A DNA stretch of 64,000 nucleotides from assembly GCF_963506605.1 (NCBI RefSeq), contig NC_083282.1, forward strand, positions 868,001 through 932,000, given 5' to 3'. Shown piece after piece: positions 24,747 to 38,373 of the stretch (position 1 is the stretch's first letter; each line of letters starts with the position of its first letter). A program made the position numbers and the translations under genes. The notes below the pieces were generated by a model, which was not told the DNA's origin, did no database searches, and saw only the letters and a program-made list of their open reading frames with translations. Source of the stretch: Zootoca vivipara. Lineage: Eukaryota.

Positions 24747-25392
24747 CTGTTTACAGAAACAAAAATCAGTGGGATGTGACCGTTGGAGGAGTTTACCATC
24801 ACAGAAGGCACTGACCCTAACCTTTTCTTTAAAAAAAACCACCACCACCACGCAGGAGAAACAACAGTTTAGGAGGTCTGATGAAAATATTTCAGTTTTC
24901 AGTCTCAGGAAATAGGATTAGCTACAGAATTCAGGATTTCCTGCTATCTTACAGAAAGCCTGGCTACCATGATTACAAGACAGGTTGGGTGACAGGCTCT
25001 GGCGATGTGCAGCTTACTTCCAAGTGTCTGCTAAGCGAAACAGCTTATTCCATTACATGTTGGCTCGCTAGATTTCTTTCTCTCCACCCCTGCCACAACA
25101 ATACACCCCCCCAAAAAAGCCTAGATTTTTGTGCTCTACTCTCCACCAAGATTTTTCATTTCTGAAGCCTCCCTAAGAACCCGTTACCATTTTCTCTTAG
25201 CTTAGTCTCTCCTGCAAGTGACTGTTCAGATTTTGCACATCTATCACTTTGGAACTTGCCAGGGTTTGCTTCAACTGGGCACACTCAGAATTCTCATATG
25301 CTCATTTCAGTAGTCACAGCTCTAGCACCAAGAAATAGGAGACAAATAAATGAAAGAAAACCAACTTGTTTGTACTTGACAGAAGTACTCAC

Positions 25393-25544
25393 TTTAATGT
25401 CTAAAACATGCATTTTAGGCTCATATTTTGAGTGAAATTTTTCAGGTTGCATCACTACCAGTTTTCCTGGGTTCACTTTCAAAAAGCTTGAAATTTCATT
25501 GCTGAAGGTATGATGGAACTTGAATTCTTCTCTTAGGTTATTAG
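25393..25544 (-). CDS. PDIA4: PDIA4 exon 7
   Basis: ANNLREEFKFHHTFS...HVLDIK; GTGAG donor. Confidence 0.95.
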
Positions 25545-27106
25545 CTGAAAAAATATACATAAAAGGTTTGGAGGAATACCAAAGAGAAGAAAGGAAATTG
25601 CTGGGTCAGAAATACAAAAGTATTGACACCTGGAGTGAGGGTTTGAAACAGACCAGCTGGGTCTAGGGTACTGCTGAGTTCCCAGATCTCCTCTTGGAAG
25701 GATTTATTGCCCAGATAACTCTGGTCTTAAGTTCTGTTGCTTAATATATGTAATGATATGGTTTCTTACAGAGACTGAGTGGATACACATCCGGTTGCTG
25801 TTGTTTTTTCCCTTTTGTATTTGTTTTATGCATTTTATGTTGAGCTTGAAAACTCAAATGAATGCAGAACGATTGAATATTTTGCATAGCATTACTCTCC
25901 TTTAATTGTGGAACTATTTATGTGACAAAGCTTCAAACAGTACACACAAATGCAATAATGAACCACTACCAACCTCCACATGGATCTGGAAGCTCACAAA
26001 AGGGCACGAAGGCAATGCTCATCTCTAGTTTGTCCCCAGCAATGAGAATTAAGAGGCACTCTCTCTCTTGATCAGGTGCTTCCATGTAGCTATGAAGACT
26101 GTTGTCAGACCTCTTCCATGAACGTGTCTAATCCTTTTTTTAAAAAAGGCCTGTTCGCTAGTGGCCTCACCCCCATTCTTGTGCTTTTGCATTCTGTAAA
26201 TTAATTACTCATTGGCATGGTTTGGACAACAGTATTTCCCATCATGAGACCTAGTTGGGGAAAATATGAGGCTCATGGGCTCCCTTGCTCTTCCAAGGGA
26301 AGGTGAACTGCAACTAATTCAAAACTGGATGTGGGAGTTTTCAAATCTCCTTCTGTCTTGCATGAAGGAAGGAATCTTGCTAGGTTTGTTCTTGTAACAT
26401 TACATCTGAACCAAACCAATGTGTAGAGTAGAACCTAATATTTTCTGTCCTGAAGCTACTACAAATCTATTTCAGTGGATGACCAAGAAAGTTACACTTG
26501 CAAATTTCTCCATATTATTCATAATTTTAAGAACCTTTCATGTATTCCCCGTAGTCATCCCCCCCTCAAAGAGTCTGAATAGCATTTGTCTCTCTTCATA
26601 GGGAAAGAGTGCTAACCACCTAAACAATTTAGTAGTTCTCTCCAGTACTCTGTTGGAGAATGCCCTTTCTGAGCTGGGATGACTAGAACAGGACCGAAGT
26701 CTTCAAGTTCAAGTCCCAGATAATAAAACCATTCTTTCCTGCTTTAGCTCTTTTCTGTCGCTCTGCACATGCTTGATTACATCAAGAGACACAGATGCTG
26801 CTTCCACTTGCTTAAATTTCATTTTCATGGGCTCATGTGTTTTATACCTATATTTCATGTTCTCTATGAATTCCAATATATTGTTTTTGCCTCCATTCTT
26901 GAGGCAGTGACCCCAGAAAACATCAAAAGGGAAAAGCCAGAAAATGGATGTGGGCAACATTTTGAGAACTGACAAGCCACTGAAGCTGCAAGAAAATAGA
27001 CTAATATTTCTAAGATGCAAGTTTGTCTCCTAGTCTGCAAAGCACTTTCCAAGTGTAGGAATTGAGCAAATGTTGATATACTATGGACAAGAGATAAAGG
27101 GCTTAC

Positions 27107-27265
27107 CAGCATCTTGATACAGTTGGTAGGCTGGGTCCTGGTCTCCTTTGAAAACCCCAATAATAATGACATCGTCTCCCTCTTTCACAAATTCTTGAAC
27201 CTGTTTGACAGCCTGTATCTGTTTGGATGGAGGGCCAGCCTGTTCTATCATGTAATCAACAATGC
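27107..27265 (-). CDS. PDIA4: PDIA4 exon 6
   Basis: GIVDYMIEQAGPPSK...YQLYQDA; GTAAG donor. Confidence 0.95.
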
Positions 27266-28518
27266 CTGGTGAACAAAAAGAAAAACACAAACTTGTGTTA
27301 TTGCTTGACAAAAAGCATTTTATTTCTTAAAGTGAAAACTGGTTATGTTTTGCAAGTGCTCTCTTCTCTGAAAGAGGCACTAGGAGGTGGCCACAAAACT
27401 GCAAATTAACAACATGTTCCAAAGTCTTATTTTCCTCAGGGCTTTTTTTTAAATTAAAAAACCACCTGTTGATAGTTTTATTATTATTCTATTATGTTGC
27501 TGCTAACTATTGCCTTATTAGTGTTAAAGTACAGTAGCAAATAAATCAGATGAACCATGTTGCAAGTTTTCAAACTGAAAGCAGTAATACATATTAAAAA
27601 TAAATAAAGTTTATTTATGACCAAACACAAGCAGTGCCAAGATTCAAAACAACTTTAAAAGTGCTGTCATCATGCAGTACGGAGTTTATCCTGGTTCAAA
27701 ATGATAGGCCTTGTGCTACAGTTACTGCTTGTCTGATTATGGTTCCCTGGTGCTTTGCTAATGTCAGTGAGAAAATAGTGACGCTCAAAAATCCTAGCAA
27801 TCTTCAGAATACAGTGAGGTTCTGTGTCACATCTTCAAGAGCTCCTCAGTTGGTGTGGAATGAGCTCTCAGGCTGGAAGCTTAAACCCACAGAAGAAACA
27901 AGATTCCACTTTCTCCCTCCATTGATAAGCTTATGCCTTAGCCATGAAAAGTGTTGGGGCACGTCCCACGGAGTGTGTCAAAGCAACAGAGAAACACCAA
28001 GTTCTAGGAAGAGTCAGTTGCTTTACTGACAGCATAATGCATTTTCAGTTACATACTGTACAGTTATAGATCCATATTACCCAGCCAAGGGCAGGGGCCA
28101 AGAGCAAACTTGCCTTAAACACAACAGTATTTATACTATATGTTGTGCTGAGTCATTCCCACTTGCTTGACTAGCTGCAGGTGCAAGACAACACACACCC
28201 AAATTAAACAAAACACTGAAATTAACCATTTTGTCCTTTTTCTCTGCATGCATAAACCCTTATATTAACAAAAACTTTCTATAACATTTCAAAATAAGGT
28301 GCAGGCAAATACCAATCACAGACCAATTGTACAAACAGCATTAACAGAAACAAGTAATGCTGCACCACAATAAATGCAGCTCCAATGCCGAAGTCCAGGG
28401 CAGTTTCAACATCATCTTACATACATATAGAATGTAATTCTTAGCTCAGTGTCTATGAAACAAACAGGACCAAACTCACATATTTACTGTGAAGAAAAAG
28501 AAGGTGCTTTACCCATAC

Positions 28519-28724
28519 CATATTTTTCTCTTGGACCATTGTAGTCAAAAGGTTTGCCTTTGCGGAAGATCTTGAGTAATGGATATCCAGAAATGTCAAA
28601 TCTCTTAGCAAGATTGGTTTCAGCAGTAGCATCAACTTTAGCAAGGGGAATTGGAGGTGTTCGCTTGCTCAACTCCTTAGCTGCTTTCTCATACTCTGGA
28701 GCCAGCCGCTTGCAGTGTCCACAC
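28519..28724 (-). CDS. PDIA4: PDIA4 exon 5
   Basis: [33 protein letters not shown]...GPREKY. Confidence 0.94.
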
Positions 28725-29087
28725 CTCAATAGGGAACAAGAATGGGTAACTTGGTAGCCAAAAGCTCTCAAAGATGGAGAGAAATCTATTTTCACTGCTT
28801 GAATAGATAGTCCTGTTCAACTCCCCATAGTGCTTAAAATTCCTGTCTTTTCTGAAGTGCCAATTCTTACATCTGTATCCATTTTGTAGGCAAGTGCCCC
28901 AGAGATGCAGCTGGCTTGAAAATATTGTCAATGTTTTGAGCTGGATCCCCAAGCTCCTATGCAAATTGCAGATAACAGGCATACACACAAAGGACCTTGG
29001 TTATCCAGTGGCTGCTTAATAACTTACATATGCAATGAAAATTACACATTTGCATAGAGGTTCAACAGACTGAATACTTGGTCAATA

Positions 29088-29328
29088 CAGTGGTACCTTG
29101 GTTTAAGAACGGTCCTGTTTAAGAACGATTCGGTTTATGAACTCCGCAAAACTAGAAACAGTGTCCCGGTTTGTAAACTTTACCTTGGTCTAAGAACAGA
29201 ATCCAAACGGTGCAAGGGCCCCAGTGGCGGGAGGCCTCATTAGGGAAAACGCGCCTCAGTTTAAGAACGAATTCGTTTTAAGAACAGACTTCTGGAATGG
29301 GTTAAGGTTGTAAACCGAGGTACCACTG
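29088..29328. mobile_element. Tigger-like MITE
   Basis: CAGTGGTACCT...AGGTACCACTG with TA TSD. Confidence 0.75.
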
Positions 29329-29825
29329 TATTCAAATGCAGCAAACAGGAAGGCAGAAATAGAAAATGATATTTGCCAATCCTCATCTCAAGACATTACA
29401 AGTTTTCATTTCATTTGAATGCGTGCCGCAAAACTAATAAGACTCCAGGTCTACTCCAAGTATTGCCTAGAAGCAACCTACATCAAAAACTGAATACACT
29501 ATATAGCTATCATTTCTGTTACCCAGATTTTTAAACAATTCAAACGCTTGAAAAGATAAACCATGATGTAATGTTTTTGCACATACCAGATAAAAATGTG
29601 CACTGGAGATTACAGAGATACAGCCAGTCCCCTCCCACTAGCTCCAAATTTTTCCAAAGCTCTAAATGCAGCAGGAATATTGACTCCATAAAGCCAAACT
29701 GAACATGCCCTATACTTTTGTACCTGGGGCAGGGCATACGAACTCTGCTTGCGGTTCCTATATCAAATGAAGGAAGAGATAAACACTATGAAAGATAAAA
29801 GGCAAAAATCTCTCTTTTCCTTTAC

Positions 29826-29964
29826 CATGGAGCATAGAATTCAACCAGGATTATGTCAGCCTCGTTCACGACTAAATCAAAGTTTTCGCTGGTCAACACT
29901 AATGTGACTTCAGGTGGTGGGACCCAATCAGGCTGCGAAACTTCTTTCACTTTAGCCACAATTT
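29826..29964 (-). CDS. PDIA4: PDIA4 exon 4 (missing from the ORF track)
   Basis: Hand translation EIVAKVKEVSQPDWVPPPEVTLVLTSENFDLVVNEADIILVEFYAPW; TAG acceptor, GTAAA donor. Confidence 0.95.
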
Positions 29965-31478
29965 CTACAAAAAGAATATGAAGAGAAAAATGAGCAATGA
30001 CAGGTGGAAGGGGCAGCTTGTCTACTGCAAAGGCCTTGCATGTGCAGAAGGAACCAGGTCACCTTTGCCTTGACAATGTTCTCGAAGAAGTGTATCTGAA
30101 GAAGTGTGCATGCACACAAAAGCTCATTCCAATGACAAACTTAGTTGGTCTCCAAGGTGCTACTGGAAGGAATTTTTTTATAATGTTCTCGAACGACAAC
30201 TATCCCTTTATGCGGAAAGAACCTTGGCAGAATACTGCCTGCCAACTAATTCTATTCCCTGCCTATTCCTCTTACATATGCTCAACTTGAATTCTATGTC
30301 ATATTACAGCATGTCAGCACACAGAATTTTTTTTAAAAAAAATCCAATATACTAAATGTTAATCACACAGAAACCTTATCTGTTTGTACGCAGCACTATC
30401 AGTCTTCCAGGCACCCATTTGGAATGATGGAGAACTGGCAGGTTGGGTCTTAGGCTTTTCTGGCTGAGCTATCCAAAAAGCTCAAGACCCTTAATCTCAG
30501 GGTTGTGGCTTTGAGCCCCACATTTGGCAAAAGATTCCTGCATTGCAGGGGGTTGGATTAGATTACCCCCGTGGTCCCTTCCAGCTCTATGTTTCTACTT
30601 CACATCCCACAGGAGTTAAAATGCACAAAAACAAGCCCTTCTTAACTGACTTTGCTCTGAAATTCTATGTTGCAGTTCTACAATTGCACAGAAAAAGGAA
30701 ATTGCTACCACAGTTTTGCTGATTACAAAAATCACCTACAGATTTGCTGCTAGCTCACCTAGCTTGGAGCTGGGGGCAGGAGGCATGGTTCCTAGAAAAT
30801 CCTTCAGTCAACACAGCTTATTTTTCTGGTGATACTGCAATGTGTTTAAGCCATTTTAAAAGCTTTTAATGCAAAATACTCTGCATTAGGATTATTTTCA
30901 TATTACAGTGCTGTGATAAGCATCCTATGTATCCCTTTCCCGGAGCTCCTGCCCCAAGTGGAAATGAAGAGGCCCCTGGTGTGGGGACAGCTAGCACAAC
31001 TCCCTGTGGAGGGAATGACACAATTTCTTTGCATGATATCCAGAAACATGGATATCAATTGTACACGAGTATCATGGGAAGTCAATTGTACATCCTCTAC
31101 CAATGCAAGCTTGCAACATGCCCTTAGAACCACAGGTAGGACCCTCAGACCTCCCTGGCTCTACTTCACAACTTGGACGGTGTCCCTGACCTCTGAAAAT
31201 GCCTCTGCCTTGCCTGGATGGAGGACAGAGGGGTGTCCAGGTGTGGGTCCAGAAGCCAATTTACTGCACAAAGGCAAAAGGTACATACAGGCCCTGTTCT
31301 GCTCTTTTGCCCCGGCCCTTCTGCTACCACGGCCATGTGGCCCCCAGGGGAAAAAAGGATACTCACCCACCTTCCTGTATTTTAGAAGACACCACTCAGA
31401 TTTTGAGTGAACAAAAGGGTGTATTAAACAGAAGAACCTGAGAAAAGCCTGCAGGATCAGAAGTGTGCTGCTGCTCAC

Positions 31479-31684
31479 CTGCTTCTGTTCTGGATCCCTC
31501 ATAATCCACAGGCTGCCCCTTCTTCAGAATTTTGATGGTTGGGTAGCCACTGACGTCAAAACGCCCGGACACCGTGGAGGCTGCTGTAGCATCTATTTTG
31601 GCAACTGGGATGGGAGGGTCATTTTCTTTCAATACTTGGGCTATTTTTTCATATTCTGGTGCAAACTGCTTGCAATGCCCACAC
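31479..31684 (-). CDS. PDIA4: PDIA4 exon 3
   Basis: CGHCKQFAPEYEKIAQVLKENDPPIPVAKIDAT...YEGSRTEA. Confidence 0.96.
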
Positions 31685-32180
31685 CTGAAGAAAAATGAAT
31701 TAATTCTGCAAGAGTTTAACTTCCGCACTCAATTTCTACAGCACAACTTTTGAGAAACTATAGGGCTGGTTTTACAACACAGCAGTCGGGTACGTCACAT
31801 GTCTGTATAGCTTGAACAGGTTGGGTCATATTCTGGAAAGAAACAAAGTCACTGCCCAGAAGGGCAAAGCCCACCAGGAAATAAATCCCAGGGTCACTCA
31901 AACACTGGGGCTTTGCTGGCTGCAGGCATTACTGAAGCAGTGTCCACCCAAGTGCTTCTGGTCTGCTCACACTGCTCCATTCCTCTCTACAGCCATGTAT
32001 GGAGCCGCACAGTCATGTTAAGAAAGGAGTTTGACTAGCAGATTTTAGGTGTTCTTCAAAATGACTATGAACTACACTGTGCAAGAGCAGAGCTGTATGC
32101 CATTCCTGTGGGGCTGCAGGAATCAGCACAGCGTAATCATGGGAACTCTCCAGTACTTTTTTAAAAAGCAGTACCAAGTA

Positions 32181-32415
32181 CCGTGTTTCTCATATTATAA
32201 GACATGTCTTATATTTATTTTTTCCTCAAAAAAACACACTATGGCTTATTTTCAAGGGATGTCTTATTTTTTTCCTCCTCCTCCTGCCACGGCCGGCATT
32301 GCTGCTGCGCCTATCACTATGTCTTATTTTCGGGGTATGGCTTATATTCCCTGAATGCTTAAAAATCCTGCTATGGCTTATTTTATGGGTATGTCTTAAA
32401 ATATGAGAAACAGGG
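32181..32415. mobile_element. pogo/Tigger-type MITE; near-identical inverted copy at 48146-48382
   Basis: TIRs CCGTGTTTCTCATATT...AATATGAGAAACAGGG; TA TSD. Confidence 0.8.
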
Positions 32416-32594
32416 TAAGTCAAGCCTGAGCACAGAAGATTTAGAATTGACCCACACATTCAGAAAAGTCAGAATTGGGTGCAGAATTCCCAAGACTGTG
32501 CCACTTCCGGCAACAGATGTGAAAGCTCCTTGCTTGTGAGATGCTCATGTGAGGGCTCAGTGGAAGGGAGCAGCTGCCAGGATGATAGCACAGT

Positions 32595-33030
32595 GGTCTT
32601 AAAGGATCTACATTGGCTCCCAGGATGTTTCCGCGTACAATTCACTGCTGGTGCTGTCCTTTAAAGCCCCAAATGGCCTCGGCTCAATATACCTGAAGGA
32701 GTGTCTCCACCCCCATCATCCAGCCCAGACAGTGAGGTCCTCCTCCAAGGGTCTTCTGCTGGTTCCCTCACTGGAAGAAGTGAGGTTACAGGAAACCAGG
32801 CAGAGGGCATTCTCGGTAGTTGAGACTCCACTGTGGAACACCCTCCCATCAGATGTCAAGGAAATAAACAATCATATGACTTTTGGAAGACATCTGAGGG
32901 CAGCCATGTTCAATGAAGTTTTTAATGCTTGATGTGTTATTGTTTTAATTTGTTGGGAGCTGCCCAGAGTGGCTGGCGGAACCCAGTCAGATGGGCGGCA
33001 TATAAATTATTATTGTTCTCATTATCATTA
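32595..33030 (+). mobile_element. L2-type LINE 3' end
   Basis: Same family as 13170-14266. Confidence 0.8.
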
Positions 33031-33384
33031 TCATCGCAAACATCACACAGACACTTTTTGCAATTGGATGTAAGTGCACCATGAGATTATGCACTCCCAC
33101 TCCAGCATGCACATTTCAACAGCACCAACCATGTTTTTTTCTTCTGAACATTTTAATTCCTTCCCATCTCCCATCAACAATTGTGGTTAAGTACAGAAAA
33201 GGGCATTTAATATATAGCGCACCGATTTAAAATAAACACAAAGAGCACCAAGTAGCTTTTGTCTTGTTTTATGGGAACTCACAGCGGGAAGAAGAAACAT
33301 CCTACTGCAAGTGCAGCATAGCAGACATGAAATATAAATTAACTTCAAGGAGGAGGATGGAAACACTGGGACAATCAGACTTAC

Positions 33385-33547
33385 CATGGGGCATAGAACT
33401 CCAAAAGCACAGTGTCCTTGCCTTCAACAAAAGTATCAAAGTTTGCATCATTCAATACGACAACACCATTTTCCTCTTTTATTTCTGAACTATCATCTTC
33501 ATCATAATCATCAATGTCCTCGTCATCATCATCAACACTGGTTTCCC
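33385..33547 (-). CDS. PDIA4: PDIA4 exon 2 (missing from the ORF track)
   Basis: Hand translation GETSVDDDDEDIDDYDEDDSSEIKEENGVVVLNDANFDTFVEGKDTVLLEFYAPW, including the acidic N-terminal tract. Confidence 0.95.
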
Positions 33548-33934
33548 CTGGGGCAATAAAGTCTAATTAAGGGGAGGGAAAATATATTGTTGTCATTTTT
33601 CATAATGTAAAAAACCCCGTAACATTAAAATCAGCTATAAGAACAATAATAAAGCAAGAACCTAAAATGCTCATACATAAAAATATATTAAATGACAGAT
33701 CTAAACCACCCCCAAAAAGACGAGTACAGCAAGAGGCCACAAACGTACCCAAGTACCCTCTAAATTCATGACCCAGAATCTGGTGTCTAAAAACAGAGGT
33801 GGTGTCAGTTGCCCCTCCCTGGGCAAATGGGGAGCCACCACTGAGAAGGCCTTCAAATATATATATAAACAGGGTTTGGGTTGGTTCACATGGGAAGAGG
33901 CAGCCCTCGAGATATTGGGGTGCTGAGCTGTGTA

Positions 33935-34312
33935 GGTAAAAAAGCTAAAGGACCCCTGGATGGCCAAGCCCAGTCAAAGGCGACTATGGGGTGCGGCACT
34001 CATCTGCTTTCAGGCCGAGGGAGCTGGCGATTGTCCACAGACAACTTTCTGGGTCAGTAGGACTAAACCGCTTCTGGTGCAATGGAACACCGTGACGGAA
34101 ACCAGACCGCACACAAATGCCGTTTACCTTCCTGCCACAGCGGTACCTATTTATCTACAGTACTTGCACTGGCATGCTTCTGAACTGTTAGGTAGGCAGG
34201 AGCTGGGACAGAGCAACAGGAGCTCACTCCATTGTGCAGATTTGAACCACCAACCTTCTGATTTGCAAGCCCAAGAGGCTTAGTGGTTTATACCACAGCA
34301 CCACCTGCATCC
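33935..34312 (-). mobile_element. Sauria SINE
   Basis: Reverse complement of the 59827-60170 family. Confidence 0.8.
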
Positions 34313-36590
34313 TTGAGCTGCGTAAGGCTTTATAAGTCCAAAGCACCACCTTGAACTGAGCCCCAAACCTAGTTTGTAGCCAATGCAGTCATGCCAAGAT
34401 TTATACTCCGACCATCTTGCTCCAGCCAGCAATCAATTAAGCAATCCTGGCCACTGAATTCTGCATCAGTCACAGTTCCAAGCTGTTCAAAAGGCAGCCT
34501 GATGCATAGCACATTGCACTTGGTTTGTCACATTAATTCTATCAATGCATGTCCTTTTTTTGAAGCACTACCCCCAGCAGCATGGCAGCAAATGATGCAC
34601 CTTTTTTGCTGCCACACGAATTAGGTGTTTGGTGGGGTAGAGCGGGAGCAAAATAAATAAACCAACCAGAATAGACAATTCAGCTGCCCTGCCTATTGGT
34701 TCTTGGGCCTTCGTGACCCAGTGTCTTTTACCCAGAATCAGGAGAGTCCCCTCTCTCTTCCATTTATTGTGCTTCTATTACAGGCCCTCCCTAATCCCAC
34801 CAACCTCCCAAAGAATAGTGGGTTTCATTTGGCTTGGCAGGCTAGCTTTAGAAAAAAACAAAAGTAACAATTGTTAATGAACAGGCCTTACTGTGGAGTA
34901 CAGTATGCTGTTAGTGTGGTGTGTTGGGAACCAAACAACAAACATCAATGTGGAAAAGATAAGTCATTCTCTGAACAAGAAACATGCTGCTATAATATTT
35001 GGTCACAGAAAAATAGGCATAAGATTCACTACTATTATCTTGCCACCTGTACAGCTTCTCCAACATCAACATACCTAAATTCAAGCTTGCTATCCAGCTT
35101 GTGTTAGAATGGAAAGGTTTCAGTGACTAATAAACTGAGAGAAAAGAAGCAGATAAGCTATGAAGGACATTTATTTTCTAGCTTTCACAGCCCTGACCTA
35201 CAATCATTTATAGAAGATTCTTAAAACACGACCCATGTTGAAAGGTACTTGGATAATAATAATAATTTATTATTTATACCCCGCCCATCTAGCTGGGTTT
35301 CCCCAGCCACTCTGGGCGGCTTTCCACAAAAGATTAAAACTACATTAAAACATCAGTCATTAAAAACTGTTAAGTACCTTTTCCAAAATTAGAATACTTA
35401 ATTCTAAAGGTCCCTAAAACACTGACCTTGGAATAACTCATAAGTTTCTTCCAACAAGATGAAATGAAAAAGAATGCTGGGATAACAGCAAATTGTGTGA
35501 GGGAGAAATGATTGTTTCATGCCCAGTATATAAATGAAGAGTTTTTATCCCAATATACACATGCAAGCTGAACTGATAATAGGGTTTAGGCAGATTTAAT
35601 TACATGTGTTTAAATCAGTATGGTTAAAATTGCAAACATAGTGTCTCCAGAGAACTCATTTGTATAACAATGCAAACAACTGTGACACAATCCAGTATGA
35701 ACATCTCCTGTGAAAACACAGTGCCTTGGAGCAGGACACAACACAACCCTGATTCCATTTTCTGCGGAAGAGGACGCAAGTAAAAAAAACAGACAAAGTT
35801 GTGCACACAGGAAGCTGCCTCACAATGTCAGACCATAGTTTTTGCTTTGTCTTCAGTACTGAATAGCAGCTGCAGCTTTTCAGGGTTTCTGGAAGGCGTC
35901 TTCCCAGTCCTACCAGGAGATGCCATGGAGTGAACCTGGGACCATTTGCAACTGTGTTACAGACCTCCCTCCCTGAAGGTCACTCAAGTCAGAAACAGAT
36001 CTGGCATTTACTGCCTTTTAGTGCTCCTTAAGCCTAGATTTACGTTCATAAGGAGGCCAGAATCATCTTTCCAGATCAGACAAAGGGGTTCAGCACTCTT
36101 TTCTGTATCTTTCTGAGGAGCATCCAGATTAGTTGCTGCAGGAAGAACCACCATCCCAGACAAGTATTTGTGGCACCTTAAAAGACTAACCAGTTTACCA
36201 CGGCATGAGCTTCCCTAGACGGCAGACCCCAGATATTCCCAGCAGTGGAAGCTGCAGCTCTGGCCCAAGGCAGAGAAAGAGGCAACCACTGAACGGAACA
36301 AACCAGTAAATAGACATTTGGGCCGTTCTTCATTTTGGAAGGAACGGAAGGCGTCCAGCCTCGAAGCCAATGTCAGCCCCGGGAACTCGCATTCTGAAAG
36401 TCGCTGCTTGTTTCCGCTAGTCCCGGCTCCCGTCGGGCGAGAGGGGACCTGGCGGGAAGGAGGCCCGAGGCGCCCGGGAGAGGGCTCTGAAGGCGCCGCG
36501 GGGCCCAGAAGCCCTTCCTTCCTTCCTTCCTCGCTCGCTCGCTCGCTAGCTCCGGTTCAGCCCGCCCTTCCCTTCCTTCCCCGCGCTCAC

Positions 36591-36690
36591 CGTCTGCTGG
36601 GCCCCCGTGCTCCGCCTGGGCGCTGGCGGGCGGGGCGAGGCGGGCCACGGCCAGCAGCAGAGCCAGCACGAGCAGCTTCGCCGCGCTCAT
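36591..36690 (-). CDS. PDIA4: PDIA4 exon 1 (signal peptide)
   Basis: MSAAKLLVLALLLAVARLAPPASAQAE hydrophobic signal; phase-1 GTGAG donor; the ten exons total 1932 nt (643 aa plus stop) in frame. Confidence 0.92.
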
Positions 36691-36739
36691 CTCCCTCTCT
36701 TCCCGGACTCGGCAGCAGCAGCAGCGGCAGCGGCAGCAG

Positions 36740-37118
36740 CAGCAGCGCCCCCTCCCGCCTCCCTTATAGCCGCGAGGCGCGCTCGCCCTCACGCGCAGCC
36801 GCCGCTCCGCCGAGAGGGGGCGGGGCAGGTGCGCGCGCAGCGGACGAGGCCTTCCCCTTGGAGAGACGCGCCCACACGCACAAGCCCTGCGAGCATGCCC
36901 TGAGGTGCCTCTCTCGGATTGGACAAGCCTGGAAGACCACCAATCGCGGCCTGCCACTCGTGTGGAAGCGGCGGCAAATCCTGAAGGGCGGGGCGTGGAA
37001 ACGAGGAGCCACTTCTCGCGTCGGGATTGGCTCGAGGGTGGCGACGTCACGAGGGAGGCTCTCGAGCTGGGACGGGTCGCGAGGAAGGCGGGAGCCGCTG
37101 GGGCGCCTCCACGTCAGC

Positions 37119-37155
<37 letters not shown>

Positions 37156-37450
37156 ATCGGCGGGCGGCTGGGCCGCTGCGAGAGCTTCGTCGAGGGGCGT
37201 GAACGACGGAGGGTCCCCCTCGAGGCCAGCCTCCCTCTCGGCCTCGCAGGGACGAAGGTCCCACATCGCCCGGGAAGGAGGATTGCTGCTGGAGAGGGAG
37301 GCTCCCTCGGCGGCTCCTGGATCCGGCCCGGGGGCTCCACAGAGGCTCCCTCGAGGCCCACCAGGGAAACACCGCAAGCGCGACGACGTTGGCGCAGCCG
37401 CCGCTCCCCCAGCTCGCGAATCCCCTCCGCGGGCCTCTTGCCTCGCAAAA
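36740..37450 (-). promoter_or_regulatory. PDIA4 CpG-island promoter with TATA, ERSE-like and UPRE elements
   Basis: TATAA at 36764-36768 (-); CCAAT-N9-CCACT at 36940-36958; TGACGTGG at 37109-37116 (-); additional CCAAT and GC boxes. Confidence 0.8.
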
Positions 37451-38026
37451 AGGAAGCAGAGCACAGTTAGGAGCCCTTTATCTCCAATAAAGACAATTAG
37501 TCAGGTGGGTGTGAGGAACTGGGGAGCTTCCAAGGCCTGCTGCTCATTTATGGCTTTCACATTGGTTTGAAAGGTAAACTCGGTATTCTTAAATATGTTA
37601 ACTGGTAAAATAGTAAAGGAACACAGCAATGGTAAATGAGACCCACAAGGAAGGGGTCATCTCCTGGGTCCCCCCTCCACCGAAGCATCTTGGGTAGCTT
37701 TTTCCTTTGTGTGTTTTTCTGACCAGATAGGCAGAGGTCAAGGTCTCTAGCTTCATTTCAGCACAAGGAGATGATCTTCCTCTCAGAGCCTGCCAGCTTG
37801 TCAGAGGAGGAGGAGTTTTGCAAAATGCAATTTGACACTTGAGGGAACTTTCAGTGAGGATCTTTTGCACCTCTTTGTGTAGCATTGTGGTGGTTGTGAC
37901 TTGCCTCTGCTCTCTTGCATATCCTTTCATGCTGAGACAGGTACACAACCATTGTTAAAGGGTTAATATTTTTCTGAAGGATAAATGGAGAATGCATATA
38001 CTTCCCTGAGCAGACACAGGGAGCTG

Positions 38027-38098
38027 GGGGATGTAGCTCAGTGGTAGAGCGCGCGCTTCGCATGTGTGAGGTCCCGGGTTCAATCCCCGGCATCTCCA
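38027..38098 (+). tRNA. tRNA-Ala(CGC)
   Basis: 72-nt cloverleaf GGGGATG...CATCTCCA; G3:U70 identity pair; anticodon loop TTCGCAT; intact A and B boxes; T6 terminator at 38102. Confidence 0.96.
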
Positions 38099-38373
38099 GT
38101 GTTTTTTATTCTCTTGTGCACATTTTCCAATTTCAATCCCCTTCGTCTGCCCGTACATATAAAACATGTATACTTTTGTCTATTGGGTTTATTTGTTTCT
38201 AAGACTGATTGAAATACATTACTTAGTCTTAGAACACTGAAAATACAGGCTAATACGTGAGTTTTCTTCCTCATTTTAAGTAACACAGAGTTCTTGCAGA
38301 TTTTCTAGATTGTAAGAAAACACTTGTTACAGTATACAGTATTATGAATTTGTAATGTAAAAAAAAAAAAAGT

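Noticed and set aside
26420-27020. 103-aa intronic ORF in PDIA4
   Set aside because: No homology recognised; adjacent frames show ancient CR1 remnants (LSYEER)
30913-31410. 165-aa antisense ORF in PDIA4 intron 3
   Set aside because: Non-ATG start and no recognisable motif; probably repeat-derived or chance
36318-37570. ORFs of 200-294 aa at the PDIA4 promoter
   Set aside because: CpG-island artefacts apart from exon 1
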